DNA of 32,000 nt from Aquifex aeolicus VF5 (GTDB lineage: Bacteria > Aquificota > Aquificia > Aquificales > Aquificaceae), in contig NC_000918.1 in the NCBI RefSeq assembly GCF_000008625.1, positions 450,001 through 482,000 of the forward strand, written 5' to 3'. The position numbers and the translations under genes were made by a program. This document shows positions 27,272-32,000 of this stretch, one piece after another; position 1 is the stretch's first letter, and each line of letters begins with the position of its first letter. Under the pieces are notes generated by a model. The model saw only the letters and a list, made by a program, of their open reading frames with translations. It was not told the origin of the DNA and ran no database searches.

Positions 27272-28581
27272 TTGAGCACCTCCTCCTTAAGCAGTCCTGC
27301 GGAAAAGAGAGCCTTTGCATAGGCAACGTTACAATCCCTTAAAGCCTTTGCGTACTCGAATCTCGCCATATCCAGCTGGGTTTGAGCGTCGAGAAGGTCA
27401 ACCATGCGTGCCATACCGACCTCGTACCTCTTCTCAATTACCCTGAGGACTTCTTTAGCTTCTTCCTTTCTGGACTTTGCGGACTCAAGAGTTTTAAGGG
27501 CGTTTTCGTACTCTGCGAAAGCCTTGTCTATCTCAAACATTATCGCCTTGGCGAGAAGTTCTCTCTTTCTCTTAAGGGCGAGTTCCTTTTCCTTAAAGCT
27601 CTTTTTCTTATAAATGGGGCTGAGTCCTGTATTGAAGTTCCACTTGAGTCCAACACCCAACATGTAGCCCTCACCCTGACTTCCGAAGGGCGTGTTCTCG
27701 TCGTACATGGAGTAATTGGCAAAGGCGAAGACCTGAGGGAGTATGTCCCCGAGGGCACTTTTCTGACCTTCCTTTAAGGATTTTATGTAGTACTTGAGGG
27801 CGAGGTAGTCTTCCCTGTGGTTTAGTGCCTTTGATTTTAATTCTTCCACTTTAACTGAAGGGCACTTGGAAAAGTCCTTTACGTCAAACTCTCCGTAATT
27901 TTTGTTAGTCAAGAGTTCTAAAGCTTTTTTTGCTACCTCATAGTTGTTTTGAGCCTGAACGAGTTTTTCCTTTGCTTTTGAGAGGTAAACCTTTGCCCTC
28001 AGAACGTCCGCAAAGAGTGCAACACCCGTCTTGTAAGCCTTCTCGGCGAGTCTCACGTGTTCCTCGGCATCTTTTACCGCTTGCTTTGCCACCTCAACGG
28101 CGTTTTTAGCGAGAACCGCATTTGCGTAAGCTTCGTAAACTTTGAGGATTACTTCCTCTTCCTTTCTTCCGTATATAGTCTTGTCCCCCTTCCATTTGTT
28201 CTTCGCCATGTTTTTAAAAGCTCTTAATTTTCCTCCCATCCATATGGGAATTTCCAGAGTTAGTTTAGTTTCAAAGTTCTGGATGGAACCCGGGTCGTTT
28301 AACTTGCTCGGAGTAAAGTCCTGCAAGGTAATCCTTTCCTGGTTTAACTTTGTAAAGAGGTAGTAGGAAGATATATCCGTCTTTGTGTAGGTTTCCTCAA
28401 GCTTTACAGTAGGAAATAGCAACCCTCTCACGGATTTATACTCGTATTCGGAGGCTTTAACTTCCCTTCTTTGAGAGGAGAGTTCTAAGTTATTCTGAAG
28501 GGCGTCTTTTATGAAAACTTTTAGGGGTAATTCCGCTGCAAAAGAGAGTCCTACCAGTAGAAGAAAGCCTATTAATACCAT
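27268..28581 (-). CDS. TolC-family outer-membrane efflux protein
   Basis: Signal peptide; two repeats of long helices (YEAYANAVLAKNAVEVAKQAVKDAEEHVRLAEKAYKTGVAL; VLRVIEKRYEVGMARMVDLLDAQTQLDMARFEYAKALRDCNVAYAKLF-like). Confidence 0.93.
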   Translation of the reverse strand: MVLIGFLLLVGLSFAAELPLKVFIKDALQNNLELSSQRREVKASEYEYKSVRGLLFPTVKLEETYTKTDISSYYLFTKLNQERITLQDFTPSKLNDPGSIQNFETKLTLEIPIWMGGKLRAFKNMAKNKWKGDKTIYGRKEEEVILKVYEAYANAVLAKNAVEVAKQAVKDAEEHVRLAEKAYKTGVALFADVLRAKVYLSKAKEKLVQAQNNYEVAKKALELLTNKNYGEFDVKDFSKCPSVKVEELKSKALNHREDYLALKYYIKSLKEGQKSALGDILPQVFAFANYSMYDENTPFGSQGEGYMLGVGLKWNFNTGLSPIYKKKSFKEKELALKRKRELLAKAIMFEIDKAFAEYENALKTLESAKSRKEEAKEVLRVIEKRYEVGMARMVDLLDAQTQLDMARFEYAKALRDCNVAYAKALFSAGLLKEEVLK

Positions 28582-28601
28582 ACCTCTTCCTCCAGAAATT
28601 T

Positions 28602-28607
28602 AGTATA
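28602..28607 (-). promoter_or_regulatory. Candidate -10 element (TATACT) for the efflux operon
   Basis: Reverse complement of AGTATA, about 20 nt upstream of the OMF ATG, with a GGAGG Shine-Dalgarno between. Confidence 0.4.
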
Positions 28608-28614
28608 TCACAAT

Positions 28615-28638
28615 ATAAGAATATTCTAATGTTCTTAT
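28615..28638. repeat. Inverted repeat ATAAGAA-N10-TTCTTAT upstream of the efflux operon, with nested palindrome AGAATATTCT
   Basis: 28615-28621 and 28632-28638 are exact reverse complements; 28618-28627 is a perfect 10-bp palindrome. Confidence 0.45.
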
Positions 28639-29876
28639 TTCCACTCTAGAATAAGTTTCACTTCTCTTCCCAGGAAGTCTTTGACAAAAGAACTTCCGCC
28701 TCTGAGGCTTTCAGCTCCTAGGATTATTAAACCCACCTCCTCTTTCATTATCTTTTCTCCATTGTTTTCAATTAACTCTATAACCTCCTCCTTAGAAACT
28801 CCCCTTCCGTCCTGAAGAGTATCTGCGGGAACGCCCCAGAGTTCTTTTGCACTTGGAGAACCTATAAAGAGGACAGAACTCTTTTCCGGCATAAACTCCG
28901 TCTGGAGTTCAGCTTTTACCTTTCCCTTTAGTATTTTTTCTCTGTAAGCGTAGGGAACTATAAACGTAGGATTACTCAGGGGTGTATTTTCAAGGAGAGG
29001 TACGTCTCCGAAGGGCTCTTTCAGTATTATCCTTACAAACTGCTTGTTTAAGAAAAGTTTGTCTCCGTGAACGTGTTCTACCTTCCCCTTTACTATTCCT
29101 CTAATGGACTGGGAGTAGGGATAAACGTATGAAGGTATTACCTCTCCGTCCACTTCTATTTTTCCTTTGAGAACCTTCCAGTTCAGGAAGGGGAACTCGT
29201 ACTCCTTTACGGGGAAGCTGTTTTCTTCGGCAAATATCCTTATCTCTTTTATGAAGTTCCTCTCTTCCTTTGAGCCGGGTCTCCTTCCCAAAAAGCCCAC
29301 TAAATCCCAGAAGATTTTCCCGTTCTTTTGTTTGAAGAGTCCGTATATACAACCGCAGTAATCCTGTTGGTATATCTCCCTCTCCTTTGAGAGTTTAAAC
29401 ATCTCCTGCGTTCCGCCGCCCTTTCTGTAGTCCGGAGCAAGGAACTCAATACCTGTTCTCTTCGTGGCTTCTTCCCCCGCCTTTTTCAACTGGGGAATGC
29501 TCTTTTTAGGACTCATCAAGAGGGTAGTGGTTAAGGCATCGCACCCGAGTTCCTTTGCCACTTCTGCGGATTTCTCCAGCCTGTAATCAAAGCATATTTG
29601 ACAGCGTTTACCCCTTTCGGGCTCGTCCTCGTAGCCTTTTACTCTTTCGAGCCAGTTCTCAAGGTCGTACTCTCCCTCGATCAGGTTTATTCCCAGTTCT
29701 TTGCATATCCTTTCGGTTTCAAGATACCTGAGTCTGTACTCCTCGTAAGGGTGTATATTCGGGTCGTAAAAGTAGCCTATTATCTCGCTCTCAGGGTAAT
29801 CTTCCCGGAGTTTTTTTAAGAAGTAAATAGCATCGGGGGCACAGCAGATATGGACGAGGATTTTACTCTTCTTCAT
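28635..29876 (-). CDS. Epoxyqueuosine reductase QueH-like N-terminal half fused to an uncharacterised ~200-aa C-terminal region
   Basis: [81 protein letters not shown] are QueH (DUF208) hallmarks. The remainder has no family I recognise. Confidence 0.85.
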   Translation of the reverse strand: MKKSKILVHICCAPDAIYFLKKLREDYPESEIIGYFYDPNIHPYEEYRLRYLETERICKELGINLIEGEYDLENWLERVKGYEDEPERGKRCQICFDYRLEKSAEVAKELGCDALTTTLLMSPKKSIPQLKKAGEEATKRTGIEFLAPDYRKGGGTQEMFKLSKEREIYQQDYCGCIYGLFKQKNGKIFWDLVGFLGRRPGSKEERNFIKEIRIFAEENSFPVKEYEFPFLNWKVLKGKIEVDGEVIPSYVYPYSQSIRGIVKGKVEHVHGDKLFLNKQFVRIILKEPFGDVPLLENTPLSNPTFIVPYAYREKILKGKVKAELQTEFMPEKSSVLFIGSPSAKELWGVPADTLQDGRGVSKEEVIELIENNGEKIMKEEVGLIILGAESLRGGSSFVKDFLGREVKLILEWK

Positions 29877-30282
29877 CGCTCTTTTTTTGTCTCGATACTA
29901 TCACTTCTTCAAACTTCATCACCTTGGTTTTGGGAACTTTAACGATGGCCCTCTGGTAGGCTTCTCCCTGGAGTTTTGAGAGTTCGTTTTGGATGAACTC
30001 CATGAGCTGGTCTATCTGCTTTTGCATTTGTTCCATCTGCTCTTTCAGGTTAAGGATTATGTCAACTCCCGCGAGGTTTACACCGAGTTCTCTTGTGAGG
30101 AACAGGATAAACTCGAGTCTTTCTAGGTCCTCGTCCGTGTAGAGTCTTGTGTTTCCTTCGCTTCTGGAGGGTTTTAAGAGTCCCTCCCTCTCGTAAAGTC
30201 TCAAAGTTTGGGGGTGTATATTGTACATCTTAGCGACTACACCTATTGTGTAGTAAGCCTTTCTCTTCTTCATGGCACTCAC
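29863..30282 (-). CDS. hspR: HspR-like MerR-family heat-shock repressor
   Basis: [49 protein letters not shown]; located immediately after dnaJ with a 4-bp overlap. Confidence 0.9.
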   Translation of the reverse strand: MSAMKKRKAYYTIGVVAKMYNIHPQTLRLYEREGLLKPSRSEGNTRLYTDEDLERLEFILFLTRELGVNLAGVDIILNLKEQMEQMQKQIDQLMEFIQNELSKLQGEAYQRAIVKVPKTKVMKFEEVIVSRQKKSDEEE

Positions 30283-31409
30283 CTCTCTACAATTCTTTCA
30301 GGCTTTGGAAGAACTTCCTGAAGTTGTTTTAAGAGCTCTTCCACCTTTTTACCGTCCCCAAGAAGCTTACTAAGAACACCAATCTTGGGAACGTCTATGT
30401 GAACCCTGACGTAAAGGTCTCCCCTGCCCGAACCTTTCAGTCTGGGCATACCTTTTCCAGGAACCTTTATGAGTTCTCCCTCTTTAGTTCCGGGTGGTAT
30501 CTTTACCTTTACCTTTTCACCGTCTAAAGTGGGAACTTCCACTTCTGTTCCGAGAACAGCCTCGGGGTAGGTTATGTTTACGTCAACGTACAGGTCGTCT
30601 CCCTTTCTTTCAAAAATCTTGTGGGGTTTTACCTTTACTATGATGTAGAGGTCCCCGGGAGGTCCTCCGTATCTTCCCGCGTGTCCCTTTCCTTCCACTA
30701 CGAGTTTTGAACCATCCCTCACTCCCGGCGGTATCTTTACCTTTATCGTTTCCTTAACGAGTCCGTATCCCCTGCCCGTGCAGGCGTGGCAGTTTTCGTA
30801 AATCACTCCTTCTCCACCGCATGTGGGACAGGTTTGTCTTACCTGGAAGAACCAGTTTCCTTGAACGGTTTCTCCTCTACCACCGCATGTGGGGCACGTT
30901 CTTGACTTTGACTCGTCGTATCCCGTCCCGCCGCAAGCGGAACAGGGGACTTCCCTTTCAACCTCTATGGGAACTGTAGTTCCCTTAAAGGCTTCTTCTA
31001 ACGTAATCTCAACGGGGACAACTATGTCTTCCCCTTTTACGCTCCTCCTTCTCCTTGCCCTCCTTCTTCCCGTAGCCCTTTCAAATATACTTCCTATATC
31101 AAAGTCAAAGAATTCCCTGAGTATTTCCTCTATTGGCGGTATTTCAGTGGTTTCTACCCTCTGCTGTGCTCCTGCACCTTCAAAGGCTGCGTGTCCGTAC
31201 ATGTCGTAGAGTTTTCTCTTTTCGGGATCGGAGAGTACTTGGTAAGCCTCGTTTATCTCCTTGAACTTTTCCTCACACTCGGGTTTCTTGCATATATCCG
31301 GGTGATACTTCCTGACAAGCCTCCTGTAAGCCTTCTTTATTTCTTCCTGCGAAGCGTTTCTCGGTACTCCAAGAATTTCGTAGTAATCCTTTTTAGTAGA
31401 TGAAGCCAT
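30279..31409 (-). CDS. dnaJ: Chaperone protein DnaJ
   Basis: J-domain [30 protein letters not shown]; four CxxCxGxG-like repeats ([32 protein letters not shown]); C-terminal substrate domains. Confidence 0.96.
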   Translation of the reverse strand: MASSTKKDYYEILGVPRNASQEEIKKAYRRLVRKYHPDICKKPECEEKFKEINEAYQVLSDPEKRKLYDMYGHAAFEGAGAQQRVETTEIPPIEEILREFFDFDIGSIFERATGRRRARRRRSVKGEDIVVPVEITLEEAFKGTTVPIEVEREVPCSACGGTGYDESKSRTCPTCGGRGETVQGNWFFQVRQTCPTCGGEGVIYENCHACTGRGYGLVKETIKVKIPPGVRDGSKLVVEGKGHAGRYGGPPGDLYIIVKVKPHKIFERKGDDLYVDVNITYPEAVLGTEVEVPTLDGEKVKVKIPPGTKEGELIKVPGKGMPRLKGSGRGDLYVRVHIDVPKIGVLSKLLGDGKKVEELLKQLQEVLPKPERIVER

Positions 31410-31445
31410 AACTTTCCTCCGTTTACCAGAGTAAATAACTTAAAA

Positions 31446-31466
31446 GTTGAGTTTATTTTTGTCAAG
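31446..31466. promoter_or_regulatory. HAIR-like HspR operator (GTTGAGT-N7-TGTCAAG) overlapping a TTGACA -35 box
   Basis: Matches the HAIR consensus CTTGAGT-N7-ACTCAAG at 11 of 14 arm positions with exact 7-nt spacing. Its right arm read on the minus strand contains TTGACA (31460-31465). Confidence 0.65.
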
Positions 31467-31479
31467 TTTCAAAATCACA

Positions 31480-32000
31480 CTAAACTAATAAACGTTTAGG
31501 GGAAAGAACACCTCCCTTTAACTCTCCGATACCTATAAATTTAGAGTCTTCATATATCTTAACAAGGCCCTCGTAATCGTAATTCTTTATTAAAATCCTC
31601 TTTCCCTGGAGTATTTTTCCGGCTTCAAAGGTGTTTAGCCTAACTTCGGGGATTACCCTGAAGAGTGTATCCACGGGCAGGACGTACTCCTCCGGATTTT
31701 CCGAAGAGAGAAACTCTTCCAGACTTACCGCTTCCTCAACGCTTATTTCGTCTATCTTCAACCTTCTGAGTTCCTTCATGTAGCCCCCTATCCCGAGCTT
31801 CTTTCCTATATCGTAGGCGAGACTCCTCACGTAACCCCCGGAAGATATTTCGGCCAAGAATTCCGCCTCCTTTTCTCGGGGATTGCAGGAAAGGAGTTCC
31901 AAGGAGTAGACGGTTATCTTCACGGGCTTTAGTTCTACCTTTTTGCCCTTTCTCGCGAGTTCATAAGCCCTCCTACCTTTTATCTTTTTTGCGGAGAAGG
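31480..32000 (-). CDS. truB: tRNA pseudouridine-55 synthase, C-terminal portion; gene runs off the right edge
   Basis: The frame stays open to the window end: FSAKKIKGRRAYELARKGKKVELKPVKITVYSLEL...ISSGGYVRSLAYDIGKKLGIGGYMKELRRLKID. The track start at 31923 is an internal GTG. Confidence 0.93.
   Translation of the reverse strand, partial: FSAKKIKGRRAYELARKGKKVELKPVKITVYSLELLSCNPREKEAEFLAEISSGGYVRSLAYDIGKKLGIGGYMKELRRLKIDEISVEEAVSLEEFLSSENPEEYVLPVDTLFRVIPEVRLNTFEAGKILQGKRILIKNYDYEGLVKIYEDSKFIGIGELKGGVLSPKRLLV

Overview
The window is a dense chromosomal segment of a hyperthermophilic, chemolithotrophic bacterium. I infer Aquifex aeolicus or a close relative from recognised proteins; no database was searched. 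From left to right it contains: the 3' end of topA; a tRNA-Phe(GAA) on the minus strand; a [2Fe-2S] ferredoxin; and a compact group 1 [NiFe]-hydrogenase operon (hupS-hupL-cytochrome b-hupE-hupD-hyaE-like-hyaF/hupH C-terminal-like-hypB-hypF). That operon runs directly into atpC (F1 epsilon) and a TrmN6-like methyltransferase. Next come plsY and a Cys-rich lipoprotein (minus), atpA (plus), an ArsA/Get3-type ATPase with a C-terminal HSP20-like domain (minus), a metallophosphoesterase, an ArsC/LMW-phosphatase-like protein and uvrA (plus). These are followed by a GGDEF protein and trmFO (minus), kdsB (plus), an OprP/O-like porin, an RND/MFP/OMF tripartite efflux operon, a QueH-like fusion protein, hspR, dnaJ and the 3' part of truB (all minus). 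I saw no CRISPR array, transposon, prophage or defence island. I found no clearly novel multi-gene system. The best leads are: a HAIR-like HspR operator overlapping a -35 box upstream of dnaJ-hspR; a perfect inverted repeat upstream of the hydrogenase operon; a 16-cysteine coiled-coil lipoprotein divergent from atpA with overlapping promoters; a QueH protein with an unassigned ~200-aa C-terminal region; a DnaJ lacking the G/F region; and atpC placed at the end of the hydrogenase operon.
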